Shown here: one piece after another, positions 1-8,323 of the stretch
How the letters are laid out: every line of letters begins with the position of its first letter
Position numbering within the stretch: position 1 is the first letter of the stretch
DNA from: a virus
Direction: 5' to 3' (one strand)
Length of the DNA: 64,000 nt
IMG/VR virus record: IMGVR_UViG_3300020020_000025
The notes under the pieces: generated by a model
The model's database searches: none
The model's input: the letters and a program-made list of their open reading frames with translations, nothing else
What the model was told of the DNA's origin: nothing
Translations under genes and position numbers: made by a program

Positions 1-108
1 GGTAGAACTGATATAAACTGCTTGGAAATTAGTCCTCAAACTGGAGGAAATGTAAACTATCGAGGGCAGGAACAGCATATGATCCTCTCTACAAAATGGA
101 GAGGATAA
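1..108 (+). CDS. 3' end of tail fibre gene (complete copy at 45051-46502)
   Basis: Identical to 46395-46502; ends ...ILSTKWRG TAA immediately before the GTG at 109. Confidence 0.85.
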   Translation, partial: GRTDINCLEISPQTGGNVNYRGQEQHMILSTKWRG

Positions 109-1569
109 GTGGCTATAATCATTCCGCATACTACTAGAGCTGCAGGAACTGTGCTGACAGCATCGATCTACAATGCTGACCATGTTAATCATGTTACTAA
201 TGCCAACAGTCTTAATACGGCTAAGCTAGAATCTCCCATTGGAACGTCGCAGATCAGCGATGATAGTATTACAAACTCCAAGCTGGCCAATATGGTGGCT
301 CAGGCCATCAAGATGCGGAACAACGCCGCTGCTGGCGATCCGCAAGATCAGATACATAGCGATGTCACCACTGCAACTCCAGTATCAGGTGATCTTGCTC
401 TCGGTTGGACTGCAGCGGGTCTGTTAAGGAAGTTCGATGTCGTTAACTTTGGCGGCGCAACCGTCCCTCGCCGAGTTATCATTGGTGCTGATACTGTAGG
501 TATTGGCGATAAGGGAGGTATCATTGAGATAACCAGTGGAGGTCCCTTTACACTGGCCTTCACTGCTGCAGCTACGCTGGCCAATAACTTCACTGTGATG
601 CTCCTTAATTCGAGTGACACTGATATTACACTTGATCCCAATGGAGCCGAGCTGATAGACGGCTTGACGAGTTGGGTGCTATATCCAGGAGGAGCCGTCT
701 TTGTACATGGCAACGGCACAGCCTTTGAGAGTCTAATGCTCAACGGCATGAGGAAGCAGTTTGATGCCAGTGGTACTTGGACGAAGCCCGGAGTTGGGAA
801 GTACATTATTGTGGAGTGCTGGGGCGGAGGAGGATCGGGCGCCCGTGCTCAGAATGGTGAAGGAGGAGGTGGAGGAGGCGGAGGTGCCTATAACCGCCGG
901 TGGCTTCCGTTCTCAGCCTTAGGGGCTACCGAGACTGTGACTGTCGGGACGGGAGGAGCCTCTCGGACAGTTGACAATACGGATGGAGCGCCTGGCGGCA
1001 ATACAACCTTCGGAGCCCATATAACTGGATTTGAAGGAGGTGGGGGTGGAGATCAGGCAGGTGGAAATGGAGGAGGCGGAGGTGGAGGGGGAGTAAGCGG
1101 AGCAGGAGCCACGGCTACAACTGATGTTGGAGCTAATGGAGGGTTTCCTAGGTATTGGGTGCCCGTTGCTGCTACTAATAGATTTGGAACAGGGGGAACA
1201 GCAGACGCTCCTGGAGAGGACAACCCTACAGGAGGTGGTGGAGGCGGTGGAGGCGAAACTGCTGTACAAGCTAGAAAAGGAGGAGATGCCTTCTGGGGAG
1301 GAGGTGGCGGGGGAGGCGCAGCGGGATCTGTAGCTACTCAAGGAACTGGAGGTTTATCAGTATATGGAGGAGCTGGTGGAGGCGGTGGAGCAGCGACTAC
1401 TGCAGCAGCTGCTGGGGGCACCTCACAGTTCGGTGGCAATGGTGGGGCAGGGGCCACGGGAGGCGCAAACGGCGTGGCTGGATCGGCTCCTGGTGGCGGC
1501 GGGGGCGGGTCTGAGAACTCCAATTCCGGCGCTGGAGGGGCAGGTCGGTGCATAGTTTACATGTGGTAG
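109..1569 (+). CDS. Glycine-rich tail fibre / receptor-binding protein
   Basis: N-terminal HTTRAAGTVLTASIYNADH shared with the upstream fibre; WTKP...IIVECWGGGGSG start of a Gly-rich domain; position in tail module. Confidence 0.75.
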   Translation: MAIIIPHTTRAAGTVLTASIYNADHVNHVTNANSLNTAKLESPIGTSQISDDSITNSKLANMVAQAIKMRNNAAAGDPQDQIHSDVTTATPVSGDLALGWTAAGLLRKFDVVNFGGATVPRRVIIGADTVGIGDKGGIIEITSGGPFTLAFTAAATLANNFTVMLLNSSDTDITLDPNGAELIDGLTSWVLYPGGAVFVHGNGTAFESLMLNGMRKQFDASGTWTKPGVGKYIIVECWGGGGSGARAQNGEGGGGGGGGAYNRRWLPFSALGATETVTVGTGGASRTVDNTDGAPGGNTTFGAHITGFEGGGGGDQAGGNGGGGGGGGVSGAGATATTDVGANGGFPRYWVPVAATNRFGTGGTADAPGEDNPTGGGGGGGGETAVQARKGGDAFWGGGGGGGAAGSVATQGTGGLSVYGGAGGGGGAATTAAAAGGTSQFGGNGGAGATGGANGVAGSAPGGGGGGSENSNSGAGGAGRCIVYMW

Positions 1570-1634
1570 GCCGGGGATGACATCGGCCGCCCGAGGGTGT
1601 ATGGTGGAATTGGGAAGCAGAAGGAGAGAAGGAA

Positions 1635-1871
1635 ATGCTACAGTTCATCAACAAGGACCAGGTGTTGGGGCTAGTTCGCCACGTCGTCACCTTCTTCGGT
1701 GGAGTATTGGTGGCCAGGGGCAAGCTAGAGCCTGGTGCGGTCGAGACGATCGCCGGAGTAGTCGTCACCATCGTCGGTGCTATCTTCTCCTTTATGTCAC
1801 CGGAGAAGAAGATCGAGACCACCACTGTAACGGAGTCTAGAACTATCGAAGCGCCTAGGGACAAAGCATGA
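1635..1871 (+). CDS. Holin-like two-TM membrane protein
   Basis: AAGGA RBS; two hydrophobic segments (LVRHVVTFFGGVLV, IAGVVVTIVGAIFSF) and a charged tail. Confidence 0.6.
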   Translation: MLQFINKDQVLGLVRHVVTFFGGVLVARGKLEPGAVETIAGVVVTIVGAIFSFMSPEKKIETTTVTESRTIEAPRDKA

Positions 1872-2089
1872 CCTGGGCGTCTGTAATCCTCAGCGGCCTA
1901 AAGATACTGTCATCGGTGATGACGTATCTGAATGAGAGGCAACTTATTCAGGCCGCTGAGGACCGCCAGATAGCGAAGGCTGCCGCTGCACTGCTCGAGA
2001 TGACTGAATACGGCCGGCTTCTGAGGGATCGCATTCGTCAGATGTCACCCGAAGAAACGGATGACCTCTGGGATAGGATGACCCAATGA
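1868..2089 (+). CDS. Putative inner-membrane spanin-like lysis protein
   Basis: N-terminal hydrophobic anchor then helical charged region; ATGA-coupled to the holin-like gene. Confidence 0.45.
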   Translation: MTWASVILSGLKILSSVMTYLNERQLIQAAEDRQIAKAAAALLEMTEYGRLLRDRIRQMSPEETDDLWDRMTQ

Positions 2090-2322
2090 AGGAAGGTATC
2101 GTATGCTTCATCTTCTGCTTCGGAACAGTAACGGAGCCCTCTCCCTCGATCATAGCAGACAGTTTCTGCGAAGTCTACGAGAGGCAGATCATAACGAAGA
2201 CGGATGCTCAGTCGGTCAAACTGCTTCCACCCGACGTGCAGAAGCGAGTGCAAGGCAACGAGGTACTATACCTATGTCGGTGCAAGGGCTGGAAAGACAA
2301 GGTATGCCAGAAACTCCCATGA
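2086..2322 (+). CDS. Putative outer spanin-like protein
   Basis: DSFCEVY motif and C-terminal Cys residues; follows the i-spanin candidate; no canonical lipobox. Confidence 0.4.
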   Translation: MKEGIVCFIFCFGTVTEPSPSIIADSFCEVYERQIITKTDAQSVKLLPPDVQKRVQGNEVLYLCRCKGWKDKVCQKLP

Positions 2323-2570
2323 GACCCAAGTTTGATTGGACAGTCAATCTTGGGCATCTTCTGATCTTGTTGGGGCTAGTTATCAGCGGAGTATCAGTGT
2401 ATACCGCTACGATGGTAAGGATGTCTACCTACGAACATCGGTCTTCAGTGGTTGAGCAGGCCCAACGGCATCAAGAGAACCAGAGTAACAGCATCCTAAA
2501 TCACTTATATACCCTGCAGCGAGATGTCGCAGTCATGAAGGATCGTATGGACAGAGCAACGACAAAATGA
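2319..2570 (+). CDS. Small membrane protein (single TM plus coiled coil)
   Basis: Start reassigned to ATG 2319 (ATGA overlap); FDWTVNLGHLLILLGLVISGVSVY TM segment. Confidence 0.6.
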   Translation: MRPKFDWTVNLGHLLILLGLVISGVSVYTATMVRMSTYEHRSSVVEQAQRHQENQSNSILNHLYTLQRDVAVMKDRMDRATTK

Positions 2571-2953
2571 GTGTAGGATATAAGATCGCCAGGAATCCTG
2601 GGGACTATAGTCGGGCTCATGCCTTGATGCGTTCGGAAGGCTTCGCCAAGCAGAGGCTTAGCTTTCCGACCCTATTAGCATTGGATGAGGGGGTTGTTGG
2701 AGTTATTGGGACGAATATTACTAATAATATGATCTTAGCTGGTCCGCTCGTGATTAAGTCGGACCGCCGACGTATCGTGACCGCCATTCGGATGGTAGAA
2801 ATGTACGAAGTGGCGATGAAAGGTCTAGGCATCAAGACCTTTATCTTCGGGGTCGATCAAGGTAGCTTCTTGGAGAAGCTGATCGAGCGGTACGGATATC
2901 TGCCTCCATATGCGGAGGAAGAGGGCAAGAAGTTCTATATTAGGAGACTATGA
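2567..2953 (+). CDS. GNAT-fold acetyltransferase-like virion-module protein
   Basis: alpha/beta pattern ending LEKLIERYGY; position just before ejection genes as in many podoviruses. Confidence 0.45.
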   Translation: MSVGYKIARNPGDYSRAHALMRSEGFAKQRLSFPTLLALDEGVVGVIGTNITNNMILAGPLVIKSDRRRIVTAIRMVEMYEVAMKGLGIKTFIFGVDQGSFLEKLIERYGYLPPYAEEEGKKFYIRRL

Positions 2954-3882
2954 TGGGTAGCAGCACTAATGTACCCCAGCCCTCAGCGGCTGAGCAGGAG
3001 CTGCAGAAGGCTCAAGCCGATCTGCTAGGAATGCAGAAGAAGATCGTTGAGCAGCAGCAGGCCCAAAATAAGATCCTGCTGCCCTTCCTTGCTGAGCAGG
3101 AGGGCTTCGATGTTGAGCTGGATGATGCAGGCAACATCAAGAGTATCAAGCGGAAGTTTGATCCTGATGAGGCCAAACGAAAGGAGTTGGAGAGTGGTTT
3201 TCTTGATCGGTCGCTCAAGGCTCTTAAGGGCGAACTCCCTGTTGATCCGGCCCTCGAGAGAAGCCTGGGGTCGAGCGAAGAAGCCTTACGGGAAAAACTA
3301 CAAGCCCAGTTTGGGGCAGGATATGAAACCTCCTCGCCAGCTATCGAAACACTCCAGCAGTTCCGCGAGAGCAGCGAAATTCTCCGCGAGGGAGCTAGGA
3401 CGGGACAGTTAACCCTATCGGAGCAGTTGGGCCTAACCAGGGAACAGCAGCGGCAATTCACACAGGGGGCACAGGCTGATGCCCTCCGAAATACTGCGAT
3501 AGGCGATCCCATGAGCTTTGCGGGGGCCTTTGGCCAGGTTGCAAGGGGATATGGGCAGGCTCAAGTTCCCTATATGCAGAACCGTCAGCTGCAGGCTCAA
3601 ATCAAGGGAGCTAACTCAGATCGCTTATATAAGCTATTAGGAGCTGGTATCAGTACTGCTGGTCAGATTGGATCAGCAGCTATCATGTTCTCTGACCCTG
3701 AACTGAAGGATGATATGATCCCAGTAGGCCTAACAAGGCAGGGATTTACGATCTATGAATATACTCTCAAGACCTCAGGTGAGCGAATGCTTGGAGTGCT
3801 GTCAACTGAGGTTGAACCCATGTTGCCTGAAGCGGTCTTACGCAGAGGCGATTGGGATGTCGTAGATTATGGAGCGCTCTAA
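2950..3882 (+). CDS. Pilot/DNA-ejection protein with C-terminal peptidase S74-type autocleaving chaperone domain
   Basis: Q/A-rich helical body; C-terminal FSDPELK...IYEY...GVLSTEV...PEAV...VDY. Confidence 0.65.
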   Translation: MMGSSTNVPQPSAAEQELQKAQADLLGMQKKIVEQQQAQNKILLPFLAEQEGFDVELDDAGNIKSIKRKFDPDEAKRKELESGFLDRSLKALKGELPVDPALERSLGSSEEALREKLQAQFGAGYETSSPAIETLQQFRESSEILREGARTGQLTLSEQLGLTREQQRQFTQGAQADALRNTAIGDPMSFAGAFGQVARGYGQAQVPYMQNRQLQAQIKGANSDRLYKLLGAGISTAGQIGSAAIMFSDPELKDDMIPVGLTRQGFTIYEYTLKTSGERMLGVLSTEVEPMLPEAVLRRGDWDVVDYGAL

Positions 3883-5774
3883 TGGGTGGATATCTCCCAG
3901 AGCCCGATGAATGGATGCAGCCTCAGCGCGAGCCTGAGGCCATACTACCGCAGCCACAGCAGCCTATCTCCAGGCAGCAGCAGGTAGCGGCAGCTTATCA
4001 ACAGAGCCAACAGGAAATTCAGCAAGCTCAAAGTGTCGCTGCTACGCGTGAAGAGGACCTAAACGTAGCACAGTACATGACCAAGATGCTTGATCCTACG
4101 GTGCCTAAGGCGGCTCGTCAATTTCTGTTCCGTGAGTTGTCCACGAGGATGGGCGTCGATCCTAAGGGTGAGACCTCACAGAACTTTGGCAAGATGCTTC
4201 TAGGCCTCGAGCCTGAGGCCCTTGAACGGTTGAATAGGGGCTATGCCGACAGGATTAAGAATGCCACTCCGGGCCAGATTAAGCAGATGACCCAGGCCGT
4301 CCTTCAAGGCGATGTATCGGGCATCGAGTTGATGAAGATGGCTAATGTACGAGTTGCCCAAGCTGGAGGTGGTGGTACTCCAGGTGTAATCCCGGCACAA
4401 CCGACGGCTCCTATCTCAGGCCCCCCTGGCGCACTTCCTCCCGCGCCAGGGACTACCCCTCCTGCGGCTGACCCTGCGGCGGCTGCAGGAGGGCCTCCCT
4501 CACCGTCAACGCGGCGGTATAAGGGCCAAGGTGAGACTATTCCGTTTCATCAACCTGTTGAGCCAGGCTTAGTTCGAGCCCTTGGTTATCAATTCGGCGA
4601 CCCTGTAAGGGTAAGTGATCTAGCGAAAGAGGGTATTACTGTTCCTCAAACACCCAAGGAACAGAACGATCTAATGAAGGCTATGGATGCCAATGCGTCA
4701 GCCACAGTCACAGTAGTAAAAGATGCAACTAGGTTACATCAGTTATTTAAGGGAAAGCCTGAAGTTCTTGGTCTTGTTGGAGCAACTGCAAGGACTGTGG
4801 ATCAAGCCATTGATCAAATGAAGGGTGTAATCCGCTCGGCAGGGGGTGATACATCCACCTTTGATCAGAATGATAAGGGATTTAGAGCCCTGATTGCACG
4901 TTCGGCTCAACGTGTATCAGATGTATACAAGAGTTCTGGAATTGAGCAGACTGCTGTTGACAGCGCAAGGCTGCAGGGAGCTGTTCTAGATATGGCCTAT
5001 TCAATGGCCAATGCTAAGGGAATCCCAGATAACCGCCTGACTAATAGAATGATCGCTCAGGAACTCAATACACTGGGGCAATCCCAATCGGTTGCTCAAT
5101 TTGAGGCAACTCTCAAGGAGGCGGTTGGCAGAGCACTTAGCAAATCTAGCAACGAAATAGCTGCTAGGGTTGGACGGCCTATGGACCCTAATCTAGGATT
5201 TGTCAATACACAAGACCTCGTCTTTATGGGCCAGAGTGATATTGCTTCCCCTGAACTGAAGAAGACTATCTTAGAAGAATCTAAGCGGCGTCTGTCGGGA
5301 GCTGCTGGTAAACCTATCAAGCGAGCAGAGCCCACTGTAGAAAGTGAGCAGCTATATACATCAGAGGAGGAGCGCCGGGAATCAGAGCGCAAGAAATCTG
5401 AGGAAAAGCGCCAACAAGAGGAACACGTATTAAAGAAGCGCCGGGATGTAAGAGCTGAAGAAGAGGGCGAGCGAGCTGAGGCTCGTATGGCCCGTACTGA
5501 GTTCGAGCAGAATCGCCGCTTCAACCTCGCCGAGAAGCGTGAGAGGCGCATGGAGGAACAGCACCGGCGCGACAAGATAGGAGCAGCCTTCAAGGAACTA
5601 GGTAAGATGATCGGAGAGGCTGGATCATCTGGTCGATCGATTGGAGCTGGAATTGGAGCTGGTGGAGGTGGAGGCGATCAGGATGCTGGAGCATTTAGGA
5701 TGACCCCAGCTCCTCGTAGGGCGCCGCCTAAACCAGTGGACGCCGAGCGGTATCAACGAAAGCCAGGTAAGTAG
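3882..5774 (+). CDS. Internal virion/ejection protein
   Basis: Likely start ATG 3882 (TAATG overlap); Q/A/P-rich, C-terminal coiled coil; in ejection cluster. Confidence 0.6.
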   Translation: MGGYLPEPDEWMQPQREPEAILPQPQQPISRQQQVAAAYQQSQQEIQQAQSVAATREEDLNVAQYMTKMLDPTVPKAARQFLFRELSTRMGVDPKGETSQNFGKMLLGLEPEALERLNRGYADRIKNATPGQIKQMTQAVLQGDVSGIELMKMANVRVAQAGGGGTPGVIPAQPTAPISGPPGALPPAPGTTPPAADPAAAAGGPPSPSTRRYKGQGETIPFHQPVEPGLVRALGYQFGDPVRVSDLAKEGITVPQTPKEQNDLMKAMDANASATVTVVKDATRLHQLFKGKPEVLGLVGATARTVDQAIDQMKGVIRSAGGDTSTFDQNDKGFRALIARSAQRVSDVYKSSGIEQTAVDSARLQGAVLDMAYSMANAKGIPDNRLTNRMIAQELNTLGQSQSVAQFEATLKEAVGRALSKSSNEIAARVGRPMDPNLGFVNTQDLVFMGQSDIASPELKKTILEESKRRLSGAAGKPIKRAEPTVESEQLYTSEEERRESERKKSEEKRQQEEHVLKKRRDVRAEEEGERAEARMARTEFEQNRRFNLAEKRERRMEEQHRRDKIGAAFKELGKMIGEAGSSGRSIGAGIGAGGGGGDQDAGAFRMTPAPRRAPPKPVDAERYQRKPGK

Positions 5775-8323
5775 TGGCAGATGATTTTGCCCTTGACGAT
5801 ATTGAGCCTCCAGGTACCACTGCGGAGGATGAGCTTAATCGCGTCCGCGAAGAAGCTATTCGCTTGGCAGCCAAAGCCGCTCAAGAATTAGCAGATGATC
5901 CTTCAGGTCCTCGCAGAAAACAGGCTGAGATCAGACCAACTCCTGAGAAGCGGGCAATTGTAGCTCCTTGGGGCATTCCTAAGGGCTCAACAGAACTCGA
6001 GCCGATGGTCCCTGAGATACTGCATGATCCATGGAACTTGTTCAATGAGATGGTTGATCTATTCTCGAAGGGTCATCGCGCTAGCGATCGGGAAGTTGTC
6101 GAGCGTTCGACCAAGCTGGCCGCCAATCTAGTTGGTGGTGGCATGGTCATGGAGACTGCTCAGCAGGCAGCAAAGAAAGGAGTTGTAAAGGCTGTTCAGG
6201 AAGTTGGTCACGGAGATATAAAATCTGCTTACAACCCTTATGACTTATCAAACTGGCCTGAAAGCAGTATTCATACACTAGATCATGGTTTCCTTAAAGA
6301 GATATCTGACATGGGTATGGCAATCAAGCATAATGAGGACCAAACTTGGACCGTAATTGGAAAGGGAGCTAAGACTGGCAATCCTCAAAAGGCTGAAAAG
6401 CTAGATTTTGACAATGAAGATGATTTGCTAGAACATCTAATTAAACTAAGGGAGGAGAAGGGCCAGGAGATGAAATCCTGGCACAAGGTACATAGCGAGC
6501 CCTATTTGCCTCCTAGCGAAGCTGTGAAGAAGGTAATGGACTCAGAATATGGCATTGGCATGTATGGACATGGTAAGGAGTGGCATGTCTGGGGTTGGGA
6601 ACCTCAGCCCAACGAGAAATACGCTAAATACATAGCTAAAGAATTTACTAATAAAGATGAGGCTACCAAGTTCTATGAGGAGATAAAGAAGAGTACTGAG
6701 CTAGCCAATGCTGAGAAAAAATTCTCCCACGAAGCCAAGAGAGAGGTCGAGACCTTTGGCAAGATGCTTAAGACTGAAAAGAAAATCTTAGAGGATGATA
6801 AATTTGGTCAATTAGCTTCAATTGGAATAGATAAAGAAACTTATGACGGTGTAAAGGCACTTGGCCTTGATATAGCCGTTTATGAGAATGGCGAATTTAG
6901 CTTGGTTGGAAAAGGAGCGATAGATGGATCATCTGCTTGGCAGTCGATGGTATTTGATGATACTGCCAAGCTTATAGATCATCTGACCAATGTTCAGCAC
7001 CTCAAAGATGGTCTTATAACTCAAGAAGAGCTTGTGAATAAGACTACAGGCGCTTCAGGAGGTCCCAGCCCTAAGGCCGTCTTTGGTTCTGGAGAGTTTG
7101 GTAAAAATGTCTATGGTAAATCTGCAGACGCTCCAGCTAGCAGCTACCAGCCAAAAGCCCTCTGGAAGGATGATAGCGCTGTTGAAGTTTATGGAACTAT
7201 GGAAGAAGCCATAGCTGCAGCTGGAAAGGGAGGTAAAGCTGATCCGCTAGCCCAGGGAGGTTATGCTGCTTACCAAGCGGATTATAAGGGATATGTCACA
7301 AAGGGCCAAGGTCCTGCCCCTGTAGCTCCAGTCGAGAAAAAGAAGATTTGGACCTATACTGAGATGGACGATAGATGGCCCTCCCTGGATAAGGTAATGC
7401 ACGTTACAGTTGATACAGGGAAGAAAAATCCTCATAGTATGACTCTTAAGGAACTACTTACCAAGATGGGTAAGCAGGGAGAGGAGATTGCTGACGTTAT
7501 AGACATGGCAGTCGGTGCTGGTATATCCAAGATCGAGGTGGGCGACATAAAGATGAATATAAATTTCTTTGAAAGCCACGATAAGCCGCTCCCTCCAGGG
7601 ATCTCATATCCTGGCTATATTAAGTCGGAGAAATTGCCAAGTGAAACGCAGATGCGTCTTTGGCCAAATGCCAAGGATATAGATACATTAGGAAATACGG
7701 ACAAGCATCCTGAAGGAGGACTCCTCGCTTATCATGGAACCAAAGTCGATAAGATATTCGAGAAAGGACAATTCGATCTAGCGCATTCTAATGATATAGG
7801 TCATCACTTTGGAACAAAGGAACAAGCAGGATCAATAATTGTAGGCGACAATCTTTGGAGTGACTCACTACCAAGAAGGATCATTCCTGTTCACATAGCT
7901 GTGAAGAATCCTCTTACATTACCAGATATGGGTGGTTGGCGGCCCTGGGATTTCCCTAGAGAACTTGCTGAAGTATTACCAGGCTATACCGAGAAAATGG
8001 AAAATAATCTATCTGCTAGATTAAATAAGGTCTCAGAGGTCTCAGAGGGAGATATAGGACGAAAGCAGTTTGATATCATTCGAGCGGAGATAGAGAAATT
8101 CGGCTATGACTCTATTCGCTATCTCAACTCAGTAGAGGGAGAGGGATGGTCCTACATCGTATGGCAGAAAAATAGAGTTCGGTCGGCTTCTAATCCTGAG
8201 CATATACTGTATGTCAGGACAGGACCAGGCGTACCGAACAGATATCAAGAGGAAGACGAGGATGGGCGGAATACCAATAGACGAGACCCTGATCTCTCAG
8301 CCGCAGCCCCAAGAAGTCCTTGA
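5774..8323 (+). CDS. Multidomain (polyvalent-type) virion protein with C-terminal ADP-ribosyltransferase-like domain
   Basis: YHGT...GHHFGTKEQA...PVHIAVKNP...GYDSIRYLNSVEG...SYIV; internal repeats; stop-start coupled within the ejection cluster. Confidence 0.6.
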   Translation: MADDFALDDIEPPGTTAEDELNRVREEAIRLAAKAAQELADDPSGPRRKQAEIRPTPEKRAIVAPWGIPKGSTELEPMVPEILHDPWNLFNEMVDLFSKGHRASDREVVERSTKLAANLVGGGMVMETAQQAAKKGVVKAVQEVGHGDIKSAYNPYDLSNWPESSIHTLDHGFLKEISDMGMAIKHNEDQTWTVIGKGAKTGNPQKAEKLDFDNEDDLLEHLIKLREEKGQEMKSWHKVHSEPYLPPSEAVKKVMDSEYGIGMYGHGKEWHVWGWEPQPNEKYAKYIAKEFTNKDEATKFYEEIKKSTELANAEKKFSHEAKREVETFGKMLKTEKKILEDDKFGQLASIGIDKETYDGVKALGLDIAVYENGEFSLVGKGAIDGSSAWQSMVFDDTAKLIDHLTNVQHLKDGLITQEELVNKTTGASGGPSPKAVFGSGEFGKNVYGKSADAPASSYQPKALWKDDSAVEVYGTMEEAIAAAGKGGKADPLAQGGYAAYQADYKGYVTKGQGPAPVAPVEKKKIWTYTEMDDRWPSLDKVMHVTVDTGKKNPHSMTLKELLTKMGKQGEEIADVIDMAVGAGISKIEVGDIKMNINFFESHDKPLPPGISYPGYIKSEKLPSETQMRLWPNAKDIDTLGNTDKHPEGGLLAYHGTKVDKIFEKGQFDLAHSNDIGHHFGTKEQAGSIIVGDNLWSDSLPRRIIPVHIAVKNPLTLPDMGGWRPWDFPRELAEVLPGYTEKMENNLSARLNKVSEVSEGDIGRKQFDIIRAEIEKFGYDSIRYLNSVEGEGWSYIVWQKNRVRSASNPEHILYVRTGPGVPNRYQEEDEDGRNTNRRDPDLSAAAPRSP

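Noticed and set aside
820-1560. GGAGGN-type repeats as a CRISPR or satellite array
   Set aside because: They are Gly codon runs within the tail fibre; there is no repeat-spacer periodicity.
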